Source of the DNA: Synechococcus elongatus PCC 6301
Lineage (GTDB): Bacteria; Cyanobacteriota; Cyanobacteriia; Synechococcales; Synechococcaceae
DNA: 32,000 bases
Assembly: GCF_000010065.1 (NCBI RefSeq)
Contig: NC_006576.1
Location: 1,860,001-1,892,000 of the forward strand
Direction: 5' to 3'
A model generated the notes under the pieces. It was not told where the DNA came from. It saw nothing but the letters and a program-made list of their open reading frames with translations, and did no database searches. Shown here piece by piece: positions 9,684 to 18,815 of the stretch (the first letter of the stretch is position 1; the number at the start of each line of letters is the position of its first letter). The translations under genes and the position numbers were made by a program.

Positions 9684-10459
9684 AAATGCCCAAGCGGGCC
9701 TTGTCCTTGACCGATCGCGAGGCTGTGGCGGAGTGCTTTGGTGACGTAGTGTTTTGCGGCTTGGGCAGCTGCTAGAATCTCAAGCCCCAGCGCAGCATTG
9801 GCGGCGATCGCGGCGGCTAAAGTGCAGCCACTGCCGTGGGTATGGGGTGTGGCGATCGCTTCCGTCTTTAGGATGTGGGATCGTTGGCCATCCCACCACC
9901 AATCGACGCCGTGCCAGTCGCCGGTCGCTGCTCCACCTTTGATCAGCACGGCTTGCGGTCCAAGGTCTCGGATGATCCGTGCGGCGCGATCGAGATCAGC
10001 AGCGTCTTGGATGTCCATCCCGGCTAGTAGCTGAGCTTCGTAGCGATTAGGGGTCAAGACGGTTGCCAGCGGCAAGAGGTGATCGCGGAGGACAGCGATC
10101 GCAGCCTGATCGATCAGCACTGCACCCGTGCGCGACACCATGACGGGATCGATGATCCGAGGAATGAAGAGTGGTGCGATTGTCCCAGCAACCACTTCCA
10201 TAATTTCGGCATTGAGCAGCATGCCGGTTTTCAAGGCTTGGGGCGGCAAATCAGAAAGCACCGCATCGAGCTGCGCCGCCACACCTGCCGGTGCGATCGC
10301 ATCGACTCGAGTCACGCCTAGCGTGTTCTGGGCCGTCACACAGGTAATCGCACAGGTGCCGTGCACTTGATGGAAGGCAAAAGTCCGTAGATCGGCTTGA
10401 ATGCCAGCTCCACCGCCGCTATCAGATCCGGCAATGGTCAGGGCGATCGGAACAGCCAC
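9668..10459 (-). CDS. thiD: Hydroxymethylpyrimidine/phosphomethylpyrimidine kinase
   Basis: ALTIAGSDSGGGAGIQADLRTF, PRIIDPVMVSRTG, LLPLATVLTPNRYEAQLL, TPHTHGSGCTLAAAIAA. GTG start. Confidence 0.94.
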   Translation of the reverse strand: MAVPIALTIAGSDSGGGAGIQADLRTFAFHQVHGTCAITCVTAQNTLGVTRVDAIAPAGVAAQLDAVLSDLPPQALKTGMLLNAEIMEVVAGTIAPLFIPRIIDPVMVSRTGAVLIDQAAIAVLRDHLLPLATVLTPNRYEAQLLAGMDIQDAADLDRAARIIRDLGPQAVLIKGGAATGDWHGVDWWWDGQRSHILKTEAIATPHTHGSGCTLAAAIAANAALGLEILAAAQAAKHYVTKALRHSLAIGQGQGPLGHFYPLF

Positions 10460-11640
10460 TAGGGTCGGTTTTGAATTTTCCGTTGTAGGAAGGCCGGAAT
10501 GTCGAGGCCGCCGCCGCTCGCCGGTGGGGCACTAGCTGGGTTGGGACTCACGCTGGGTTGGCTGGTCGGCTGGGACGTGCTGGTGGAAATCGTGTTGAGG
10601 TTGGGGCGATCGGTGCTGAAGCCCGTGGCGATCACGGTGATCCGCAGCTCTCCTTCCAATCGATCGTCAATCACGGCGCCGAAAATGATATTGGCTTCAG
10701 GATCGACGACTTCGTAAATCGCATCCGCTGCTGCGTTGACCTCATGCAGGGTCATATCGCGGCCGCCTGTGATGTTGAAGACAACGCCGCGCGCCCCTTC
10801 GATCGAAGACTCCAGCAGCGGTGAGCTAATGGCTGCATGAGCGGCTTCCCGAGCGCGGGACTTGCCAGAGCCGCTACCGATGCCCATCAGGGCTGATCCA
10901 GCATCGGCCATGACGGCGCGAACGTCGGCAAAGTCGACGTTGACCAGACCTGGGATCGTGATGATGTCAGAAATCCCTTGCACACCCTGCCGGAGAATAT
11001 CGTCGGCGACCCGGAAAGCTTCTTGAATCGGCGTCTGCTCAGATATGGCGTGGAGTAGGCGGTCATTAGGAATAGTGATCAAAGTGTCGACTGAGCTTTG
11101 CAGTGCGGCTGTTCCTTCTTCCGCCTGCTTCATTCGGCGACGCCCTTCGAAGGTGAAGGGTTTGGTGACAATCCCAACCGTCAGCGCACCCACTTCTTTG
11201 GCGACTTCTGCCACGATCGGGGCAGCTCCAGTGCCGGTTCCACCGCCCATCCCCGCCGTGATAAAGACGAGGTCAGCCCCTTCCAAGGCGGCGATTAGTT
11301 CTTCCCGCGATTCTTCAGCGGCTTTCATGCCGATCGCAGGGTTGCCACCTGCGCCTAGCCCTCGCGTTAGTTTCTGTCCCAACTGCATCCGCTTGGGGGC
11401 TGCAGAGTGGAGCAAAGCTTGAGCATCAGTGTTGAGGGCCCAAAATTCAACCCCGCTGACATCGCTGCTAATCATGCGGTTGACCCCGTTGCTGCCGCCA
11501 CCGCCAACGCCAATTACCTTGATGCGGGCAACGCTGCTGGGGATGATTAGTTCTTCTGGCTGCCCTAGTGCATCGAACCCCGACAGAGAGCCGTCACGGT
11601 TGAAGCCATAGGAATTGTTGATCGGCATAGGGTCGGTCAT
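10459..11640 (-). CDS. ftsZ: Cell division protein FtsZ
   Basis: [42 protein letters not shown] tubulin signature, [12 protein letters not shown]-terminal [12 protein letters not shown] peptide. Confidence 0.98.
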   Translation of the reverse strand: MTDPMPINNSYGFNRDGSLSGFDALGQPEELIIPSSVARIKVIGVGGGGSNGVNRMISSDVSGVEFWALNTDAQALLHSAAPKRMQLGQKLTRGLGAGGNPAIGMKAAEESREELIAALEGADLVFITAGMGGGTGTGAAPIVAEVAKEVGALTVGIVTKPFTFEGRRRMKQAEEGTAALQSSVDTLITIPNDRLLHAISEQTPIQEAFRVADDILRQGVQGISDIITIPGLVNVDFADVRAVMADAGSALMGIGSGSGKSRAREAAHAAISSPLLESSIEGARGVVFNITGGRDMTLHEVNAAADAIYEVVDPEANIIFGAVIDDRLEGELRITVIATGFSTDRPNLNTISTSTSQPTSQPSVSPNPASAPPASGGGLDIPAFLQRKIQNRP

Positions 11641-11859
11641 GGGGGTGAGTAGTAGCAGCCAACCATGGGCTTGGACAAGCTCGGTTGAACGCTAGTTTAG
11701 GGCAGCAAACTAAAAACAAGAGAATTATTGACGCACTCTGTCGGGAAAGGCAACTACAACCAATGGTTAGCGATCGCAAAATGCCGTTCCAAGTCGCAAA
11801 ATTTGAGCGATTGCGGCTCATCCAAAAATACTAATTGCGGAACTAAAAACTCGATTGTC

Positions 11860-12714
11860 TTAGCGAGGGTTGGTTTGGAGCGATCGCGGTGGGGCTGAAG
11901 GCTTCATTTGCACGCGGGGTGTTGAAGGTTGGCGCAGATCGATGTAGGCGATCGCAGAGCGACTGGTTTTATCTGGAAGTTGTCGCAGGCGATCGAGCAT
12001 GGCAATTTGCTGGGGAAGTAACTCGGGATTGTAGGGGCCACAGTAAACCGGCCCAAGCTCGGTTTCCAAAATGATGTTGGCAGGATCGCGCCAATCGAGC
12101 CCTTGGATGCCAACCGGGCTGGTGCGCAACAGAGAATAGAGCCCAGGCCACAGCCGTTGATAGGGTTCGCGGTAGCCACGCACTTTGAGGGTGGTGGTGG
12201 GCAGGGTTGCCCCCAGCCGTTCGTAGGCGCTGAGCGGATGCCAAACGCCTTGGCGATCGAGAATGCCCCAGCGCTCCTGTGGCGGCTGATTGGGTTCGAC
12301 GACCACCCGCGAAGCCTGGGCAGTAGCGGTAATTTCTTGGACGGTGATGATTAGGCTGGCTGGCAGGAGACGGCGCTGAATTTGAACCGCTTGCAGAGGG
12401 GCGGCTTTCAGTAATTGTTGTTCTAAGCGTTGGGGCTGCAGCTGGAGCAGATTGAGGGGCATCTGCAGATTGAGGGTGGCCAAGAGGCGATCGCGGTTGA
12501 GGGTTTGCTGGCCTTGGATTTGAATGCGCCGTGGATCTTGGATGATCCAGAGCGGACGGGCCAGCACCCAGACCAAACCTGCGGCGATCGCTGTCACCCC
12601 CACAAAACGCCAGAAGCGCTGCAGCCGTTGTCGCCGTCTTTCCCAACGCTTTTGGCGACGGCGAGCGGCTAACGAAGCCGGAGAAGCAACTTCGGGCAAG
12701 TCGGCCATCACCAC
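11860..12714 (-). CDS. ftsQ: FtsQ/POTRA-domain cell division protein
   Basis: Basic N-term, one TM (FVGVTAIAAGLVWVLA), then IQIQGQQTLNRDRLLATLNLQMPLNLLQL (POTRA) and WGILDRQGVWHPLS. Located upstream of ftsZ and downstream of ddl. Confidence 0.85.
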   Translation of the reverse strand: MVMADLPEVASPASLAARRRQKRWERRRQRLQRFWRFVGVTAIAAGLVWVLARPLWIIQDPRRIQIQGQQTLNRDRLLATLNLQMPLNLLQLQPQRLEQQLLKAAPLQAVQIQRRLLPASLIITVQEITATAQASRVVVEPNQPPQERWGILDRQGVWHPLSAYERLGATLPTTTLKVRGYREPYQRLWPGLYSLLRTSPVGIQGLDWRDPANIILETELGPVYCGPYNPELLPQQIAMLDRLRQLPDKTSRSAIAYIDLRQPSTPRVQMKPSAPPRSLQTNPR

Positions 12715-12732
12715 ACTACGGACAAAGGACGG

Positions 12733-13143
12733 TTAGGCGCTGAGGCCCAGACGTTGATTCAGAAATTGACGCCACTTCAGTGCGAGACTCGCCTCGGTAA
12801 AGGGAATGGCAATTTGGCGATCGCGCAGTTCCAGCAAGAGATCCGCCGAGCCATTGACCGATGCCTCAGGATCAGACAACAACTGATTTTGCTGTTGCAC
12901 CTGAATCCGTTGCAGCGTTCCCAAATCGATCGTTTCCAGAAAGACGGGCCCTTGTCGGCTGGGTTTACCCCAGACCAAATCGGAACCACGAACTCCTAGA
13001 ACAGCACGCACATCATACTTGGCGGTTTCAAAGTCGGCAGCCCAAACTTTGTAGGACTCCAGCTTCTGATATTCATTCCAACCGGCCCAAGCCAAGCCGG
13101 TGAACAGCACTAGCAGCGGCAACCAGAGCAACCCATGCAGCAT
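12733..13143 (-). CDS. Conserved hypothetical, single N-terminal TM protein between ddl and ftsQ
   Basis: 136 aa ORF MLHGLLWLPLLVLFTGLAWAGWNEYQKLESYKVWAADFETAKYDVRAVLGVRG..., tightly packed (3 bp from ddl, 18 bp from ftsQ). Confidence 0.8.
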   Translation of the reverse strand: MLHGLLWLPLLVLFTGLAWAGWNEYQKLESYKVWAADFETAKYDVRAVLGVRGSDLVWGKPSRQGPVFLETIDLGTLQRIQVQQQNQLLSDPEASVNGSADLLLELRDRQIAIPFTEASLALKWRQFLNQRLGLSA

Positions 13144-13146
13144 GGC

Positions 13147-14190
13147 CTAGCGCTCCAGAGCCAGTTGAATCAGCCGATGGACAAGATCGGGGAAGGCCAC
13201 GCCACTCGCTGCCCAGAGCTGGGGATACATACTCAAAGCTGTGAAGCCCGGCAGAGTGTTGATTTCGTTGATGAAAATTTGACCTTGGCTATCCAAGAAA
13301 AAATCCAAGCGACTGAGGCCAGATGCATCGACGGCTTGGAAGGCGGCGATCGCGAGTTCTTGCAGTTTCTGCTGCAATTCCGCCGAAAGTTGCGCGGGGA
13401 TCAACAGTTGCGCCTTGCCATCGGTGTACTTGGTTTCGTAGTCGTAGAAATCGCTGTCGTAGGTGATTTCGCCCAGAATTGAGGCTTGGGGATAGTCGTT
13501 GCCGAGCACAGCGCATTCGACTTCGCGAGGATTGTCGATCGCAGCTTCGATAATTAAACGGCGATCGAGGGCAGCAGCTTGATCGAGGGCGGCTTCCAGT
13601 TCAGCGCGATCGCGGACTTTGGCGATCCCAACCGACGATCCCAGGTTGGCGGGCTTCACAAAACAGGGATAGCCCAGCTCCGTTTCAATCTGCTCCAGCA
13701 AACTTGTGTAGCGGCAGGGATCCGAGAAGACTTGACTGCGATTGACGGCAACGTAGGCGACTTGCGGCAAACTCGCTTGGGCAAAAGCCTGTTTCATAGC
13801 GATCTTGTCCATGCCCAAGGCTGACCCGAGAACGCCAGATCCGACAAAGGGACGCTGCATCAGGGTCAGCAGCCCTTGAATCGTGCCATCTTCACCGTTG
13901 GGGCCGTGCAGGATCGGGAACCAGACTTCGACGTCGCGGCAGTCTGCTGGAAATTGCCAGCGATCGCTCGGTTCCTCAACGAAGAGTGGCTTTTGGTTGG
14001 CTAAGACTTGGGCTGCGGTTTCACCACTGTGCCAGCCGCCTTCTTTGTCGATGTAGAAGGGCAGGACTTGGTAGCGATCGCGATTGCTGGGATCAGCCAG
14101 AGCAGAGGCGATCGCCGCCGCCGAGCGGATCGAGACTTCATGTTCGCCTGATCGCCCGCCAAACAATAACCCGACCTTTTGTGCTGCCAC
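13147..14190 (-). CDS. ddl: D-alanine--D-alanine ligase
   Basis: [66 protein letters not shown]. Confidence 0.96.
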   Translation of the reverse strand: MAAQKVGLLFGGRSGEHEVSIRSAAAIASALADPSNRDRYQVLPFYIDKEGGWHSGETAAQVLANQKPLFVEEPSDRWQFPADCRDVEVWFPILHGPNGEDGTIQGLLTLMQRPFVGSGVLGSALGMDKIAMKQAFAQASLPQVAYVAVNRSQVFSDPCRYTSLLEQIETELGYPCFVKPANLGSSVGIAKVRDRAELEAALDQAAALDRRLIIEAAIDNPREVECAVLGNDYPQASILGEITYDSDFYDYETKYTDGKAQLLIPAQLSAELQQKLQELAIAAFQAVDASGLSRLDFFLDSQGQIFINEINTLPGFTALSMYPQLWAASGVAFPDLVHRLIQLALER

Positions 14191-14221
14191 GCTGGGCGTC
14201 CTCCCTGATCGCAGCGTTACT

Positions 14222-15604
14222 TTAGCACCCAGCCGCCACGGGGCTGAGAATCTGTCCAGTCAGGCTAAAGGCGCGGGTTTCCGTGATCCGTACCGGCACC
14301 AGTTGCCCTTCGAGTTGCGCGATCGTGCCATCGCAGAAGACAAGGCGATTGGTGCGCGTCCGACCCATCACCTGCTGAGGATTGCGGGGATTGGTCGCCT
14401 CGATCAGCACTTCTTCGGTGCGACCCAAATAGCGCTGCGAGCGATCGGCAGCCATTTGCGCCACTAAGTGATTGAGGCGTTGCAGGCGATCCTGTTTGAC
14501 CTCTTCCGACAGTTGATTGGGCGCATTGGCTGCTGGCGTGCCAGGACGGGGCGAATAAGCCGCCGTGTTGACCAGATCAAAACCAACCTGCTCAACCAGT
14601 TTCAGCGTGTTCTCAAATTGTTCTTCTGTTTCACCTGGGAAGGCCACGATCGCATCCGCACTGATCGCCGCATCGGGGATGATGTCGCGGATCTGCTCCA
14701 CGATCCGCAGGTAGCGCTCAACGGTATAGCCCCGTGCCATCGCCTTCAGCACGTCGTTGTCGCCTGACTGGAAGGGAATGTGGAAGTATTCGCAGACTTT
14801 CGGTAACTCGGCACAGGCGCGAATCAGTCGCTCCGTGAAATAGCGCGGGTGGCTAGTAGCAAAGCGAATCCGCTCGATCCCCGGCACATCGTGGATGGTG
14901 TAGAGCAAGTCCGTCAGGGTGTGCAGGTGGCGACCTTCGGGAGTACTGCCCGGCAGATCACGGCCGTAGGCATCAATGTTTTGACCGAGCAGCGTAATTT
15001 CGCGGTAGCCCTGCGCGGCTAGCTGCTCAATTTCAGCGCGGATCGCCGCCGGTTCCCGCGATTGCTCGCGACCGCGAACGTTGGGCACCACGCAGTAGGT
15101 GCAGCGTTCGTTGCAGCCGTAGATGACGTTCACCCAAGCGGTGATGGTGCTATCGCGGCGCGGCTGGGTAATATCTTCAGCAATTTCCACTTCTTCCGTG
15201 GCGACGACTTGACTGCCCGCTTCCACCTGAGCTAGCAAATCGGCGAGGCGATTGGCATGTTGCGGCCCCATCACCAAGTCCAGTTCTGGCACCCGCCGCA
15301 GTAGCGACTCGCCCTCTTGCTGCGCCACACAGCCCGCCACAATCAGCGTTAGATCCGGCTGCTGGCGTTTGCGTTCGGCCTGGCGACCGAGGTAGGAGTA
15401 GACCTTTTGCTCGGCGTTGTCGCGAATCGTGCAGGTGTTGTAGAGCACCAGGTCCGCGTCGTTGGCCTCCTCGCTCCAGATGTAGCCCAAATCCTCGAGG
15501 ATGCCAGCCATCCGCTCCGAGTCGGCTTTGTTCATTTGGCAGCCGAAGGTGGTGATGTGGTAGCGCCGAGGCGTGGACATGGCAGTGACGGCCGCAGGAA
15601 ACAA
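14222..15604 (-). CDS. miaB: tRNA-2-methylthio-N6-isopentenyladenosine synthase
   Basis: [62 protein letters not shown]-terminal TRAM. Confidence 0.95.
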   Translation of the reverse strand: MFPAAVTAMSTPRRYHITTFGCQMNKADSERMAGILEDLGYIWSEEANDADLVLYNTCTIRDNAEQKVYSYLGRQAERKRQQPDLTLIVAGCVAQQEGESLLRRVPELDLVMGPQHANRLADLLAQVEAGSQVVATEEVEIAEDITQPRRDSTITAWVNVIYGCNERCTYCVVPNVRGREQSREPAAIRAEIEQLAAQGYREITLLGQNIDAYGRDLPGSTPEGRHLHTLTDLLYTIHDVPGIERIRFATSHPRYFTERLIRACAELPKVCEYFHIPFQSGDNDVLKAMARGYTVERYLRIVEQIRDIIPDAAISADAIVAFPGETEEQFENTLKLVEQVGFDLVNTAAYSPRPGTPAANAPNQLSEEVKQDRLQRLNHLVAQMAADRSQRYLGRTEEVLIEATNPRNPQQVMGRTRTNRLVFCDGTIAQLEGQLVPVRITETRAFSLTGQILSPVAAGC

Positions 15605-15653
15605 ACCTTTATTCTAAAGGTCACCTTTCGACCCCGCGCAGTCGGGCGATCGC

Positions 15654-16688
15654 GTGCAACTTTCGTTTGAGCCGTTCACTGTTCACAAACGCTTTGCGCT
15701 GCGAATTAGTCGTGGCAGTACGCAGGCGACGACCAATCTCTGGGTGCGCCTCCAGCAGGATGGCCTTGAAGGCTGGGGTGAAGCCTCGCCCTTTTCGACT
15801 GGTCAGCAGTCACAGACCACGGAATTGCTCAGTGAAGCGCTGACTACGATCGCTCCGGCTCTGGTGCATCTCGATCCCTGGAATCATCAGCAGTTTGAGG
15901 ATCTGACGCGATCGCTGCCTTCCGCCGCTAGAGCTGCTCTCGATTTAGCGATATGGGATTGGCGCGGTAAAGCGCTGGGGCAGCCACTCTGGAAACTGTG
16001 GGGACTCGCTCGCGATCGCTGTCCGGTCACGTCCGTCACGATCGGTATTAGTTCACCGCAAGCAGGACAGGAACGTCTTGCCGCTTGGCGAGAACTATTC
16101 GAGCCAGCGCTAATCAAGGTTAAGCTGGGTAGTCCCGAAGGCGTTGAAGCCGATCGCGTCCTGCTCAATGCTCTGAAAGAAGTGGCGCCGACCACACCTT
16201 TTAGTGTCGATGCTAATGGCGGCTGGGATGTGGCAACCACGCGATCGCTGGCGGATTGGTTAGTTGAGTCCGGTGTTATTTACTTGGAGCAACCGCTCGC
16301 AAAGGGTCAGGAAGCGGATCTGCTACAGCTGCGCGATCTACCACTGCCGGTCTTCGTCGATGAAAGTGCTTGGACGAGTCAGGATGTGGCGGCCTTGAGC
16401 GATCGCGTTGATGGGATCAATCTCAAATTGTTGAAAACTGGCGGCCTCACAGAAGCGCTGCGAGCCATTCATACAGCGCGCGCACATGGCCTGCAGTTGA
16501 TGCTGGGCTGCTATTCCGACAGCAGTTTGCTCAATAGTGCGGCGGCGCAGTTGGGGCCGCTGGTCGATTACCTCGACCTCGACAGTCACCTGAATTTACT
16601 GGACGATCCGTTCAACGGTGCCACAATCGCAGCGGGGCGGTTAGTCCCTAGCGATCGCCCCGGTCTGGGTGTCCTTCGGCAAGAGTAA
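15654..16688 (+). CDS. Enolase-superfamily dipeptide (L-Ala-D/L-Glu-type) epimerase
   Basis: GWGEASPF, LIKVKLG (KxK), SVDANGGW, YLEQPL, VFVDESAW, INLKLLKTGG, and DYLDLDSHLNL (DxD). Confidence 0.82.
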   Translation: MQLSFEPFTVHKRFALRISRGSTQATTNLWVRLQQDGLEGWGEASPFSTGQQSQTTELLSEALTTIAPALVHLDPWNHQQFEDLTRSLPSAARAALDLAIWDWRGKALGQPLWKLWGLARDRCPVTSVTIGISSPQAGQERLAAWRELFEPALIKVKLGSPEGVEADRVLLNALKEVAPTTPFSVDANGGWDVATTRSLADWLVESGVIYLEQPLAKGQEADLLQLRDLPLPVFVDESAWTSQDVAALSDRVDGINLKLLKTGGLTEALRAIHTARAHGLQLMLGCYSDSSLLNSAAAQLGPLVDYLDLDSHLNLLDDPFNGATIAAGRLVPSDRPGLGVLRQE

Positions 16689-16690
16689 CC

Positions 16691-17740
16691 ATGCTGCAAC
16701 CCGAGCATCGACTAGCAGTGCTGCTACATGGCGGCATTCTGGGGGACAGTGGTAAAACGGGGCTGACCCTGCTGCGCTACCGTCAGGGCGCGATCGCAGC
16801 GGTGATTGATCACGAGACGGCGGGACAGGATTTCCAACAACTGACGGGTATTGCGCGATCGCTGCCGATCTATGGATCTGTGGCAGAGGCGATCGCAGCG
16901 ACGGAAATTGATGTCCTCGCGATCGGGATTGCCCCATCCGGTGGCAAGCTTCCAGAGGCCTGGCTGGCAGAAATTGATCAGGCCGTACAAGCCGGTCTAT
17001 CGATCGCCAATGGACTACATACGCCACTACTGCTGCGCTATCAAGCACAACTGCAGCCCCAGCAATGGATTTGGGACATTCGCCAAGAACCAGCAGGGCT
17101 GGCGATCGGTGGCGGAAGAGCGCGATCGCTAACCGCTCAGCGCATTCTGACGGTTGGGACTGATATGAGCGTCGGTAAGATGTCCGCCACGCTCGAACTC
17201 GATCGCGCGGCTCAAGCAAAAGGACTGCGATCGGCTTTTGTTGGCACCGGACAAGCGGGCATTTTGATCAGCGGCCAAGGCGTGCCACTGGATGCGGTGC
17301 GTGTCGATTTTGCCTCTGGCGCGGTCGAGCAAGCAGTCCTGACAGCAGCAGAACAGGTGGATTATGTCTGGATAGAAGGCCAAGGCTCACTGCTCCATCC
17401 GGGTTCAACGGCAACGCTGCCCTTACTGCGTGGCAGTCAGCCAACTCATCTGGTGCTGGTGCATCGGCTGGGACAGACCCACAATCGCCACTTTCCCGAG
17501 TTCATAATTCCGCCTCTAACTGAAGTGATTCAGCTCTACGAATCGCTGGCGGCCGCATCTGGTATCTTCGGCAGACCCAAGGTTGCGGCGATCGCGCTCA
17601 ATGGGGGTCAGGCTAGTGATGAGACTGTTGCAGACGCTGCCGACCAGATCAGCCAAGAAACTGGCTTGCCCTGTACAGATGTGGTGCGGTTTGGTGCCGC
17701 AAACTTGTTGACGACAATCCTGGAGGCTCGTGACTCCTGA
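16691..17740 (+). CDS. DUF1611 family P-loop protein (DgcN-like)
   Basis: AVLLHGGILGDSGKTGLTLLRY, ILTVGTDMSVGKMSATLELDRAAQAKG, FVGTGQAGILISGQGVPLDAV, DYVWIEGQGSLLHPG. Follows the epimerase by 2 bp. Confidence 0.82.
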   Translation: MLQPEHRLAVLLHGGILGDSGKTGLTLLRYRQGAIAAVIDHETAGQDFQQLTGIARSLPIYGSVAEAIAATEIDVLAIGIAPSGGKLPEAWLAEIDQAVQAGLSIANGLHTPLLLRYQAQLQPQQWIWDIRQEPAGLAIGGGRARSLTAQRILTVGTDMSVGKMSATLELDRAAQAKGLRSAFVGTGQAGILISGQGVPLDAVRVDFASGAVEQAVLTAAEQVDYVWIEGQGSLLHPGSTATLPLLRGSQPTHLVLVHRLGQTHNRHFPEFIIPPLTEVIQLYESLAAASGIFGRPKVAAIALNGGQASDETVADAADQISQETGLPCTDVVRFGAANLLTTILEARDS

Positions 17741-17777
17741 CCCGTACAATGACGCTGCAACATCAACCCCAATCTGA

Positions 17778-18575
17778 TTGATGGGCATTCATCCCACCGC
17801 AGTTATTGATCCCCAAGCCAAGCTGGGTCAGGACGTTGAAATTGGTCCCTATGCGGTGGTGCAGGGCCCTGTCGAAGTGGGCGATCGCTGTTGGCTGGGT
17901 CCCCACTCGGTGGTAATGGGCAACCTGCAGCTCGGGACTGACTGCCGAGTTCACAGTGGTGCTGTTCTGGGCGATTGGCCGCAGGATTTATCCTTTCAGG
18001 GAGCGGAAAGTCATGTGGTGATCGGCGATCGCAATGTCTTTCGAGAAGGGGTCACAGTTCACCGCGGTACGAAAGAGGGTAGTGTCACCACGATTGGCAA
18101 TGATTGCCTGCTGATGGCCAACAGCCATGTTGCCCACAATGCCAGCCTAGGCAATAACGTGATTTTGGCGAACGGGGCATTGATTGCAGGCTATGCCCAA
18201 GTCGGCGATCGCGCCTTTATTAGCGGCAACTGTCTTGTTCATCAATTCACTCGCGTCGGGCGTTTGGCGATGATGAGTGGCGGCTCAGCTGTCCAGAAAG
18301 ACCTGCCGCCCTTCTGTATGACCCGCAGCTCCACCAGCAACATTGTTATGGGCCTGAATGTGGTTGGTTTACGGCGGGCGGGTGTCTCCGATCGCGATCG
18401 CCTTGAACTGAAGCGAGCCTTTAGCATCCTCTACCGTGAGCGGCTGTCCTTTTCAGAAGCGATCGCTCGCCTCTCGGCGGACTTTCATTCACCACTGGTG
18501 ACAGAATTACAGGCTTTCGTCAGCAGCTCAGAACGGGGAATCTGCCGCTTCCTGCGATCGGATCTGGATGCCTAG
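17778..18575 (+). CDS. lpxA: UDP-N-acetylglucosamine acyltransferase
   Basis: Left-handed beta-helix hexapeptides (IHPTAVIDPQAKLGQDVEIGPYAVV...), NSHVAHNASLGNNVILANGALIAGYAQVGD, VHQFTRVGRLAMMSGGSAVQKDLPP. Confidence 0.92.
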   Translation: MMGIHPTAVIDPQAKLGQDVEIGPYAVVQGPVEVGDRCWLGPHSVVMGNLQLGTDCRVHSGAVLGDWPQDLSFQGAESHVVIGDRNVFREGVTVHRGTKEGSVTTIGNDCLLMANSHVAHNASLGNNVILANGALIAGYAQVGDRAFISGNCLVHQFTRVGRLAMMSGGSAVQKDLPPFCMTRSSTSNIVMGLNVVGLRRAGVSDRDRLELKRAFSILYRERLSFSEAIARLSADFHSPLVTELQAFVSSSERGICRFLRSDLDA

Positions 18576-18585
18576 GCCTCAGTCG

Positions 18586-18795
18586 TCAGCGTCCTTCTTT
18601 GGCTTGGCGAATCATTTCGATCAGCATGCCTGAACCCGCTCCCAACAGGCCCCAGAAGTAGGGCATGTAGGATACAAGCTGACGATAGGCGCTGGAAGCA
18701 TAGACCTCAAATTCTACGGAAGACAGCGTCTTCCCGAAGATGTAGCCACAGATGCCGCAGAGCATTCCAGAGTAAAGGACCGAACTCCAGCGCAT
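18586..18795 (-). CDS. Small hypothetical membrane protein (69 aa)
   Basis: Two hydrophobic segments: SVLYSGMLCGICGYIFG and YMPYFWGLLGAGSGMLIEM. Sits upstream of nothing else on this strand and convergent with lpxA. Confidence 0.5.
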   Translation of the reverse strand: MRWSSVLYSGMLCGICGYIFGKTLSSVEFEVYASSAYRQLVSYMPYFWGLLGAGSGMLIEMIRQAKEGR

Positions 18796-18815
18796 CAGCT
18801 CACTCCCAATTGCTA

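Noticed and set aside
11969-12646. 225 aa minus-strand ORF inside ftsQ in another frame
   Set aside because: Arg/Pro/Ser/Ala-rich composition with no family match, while the alternative frame encodes a sensible FtsQ/POTRA protein.
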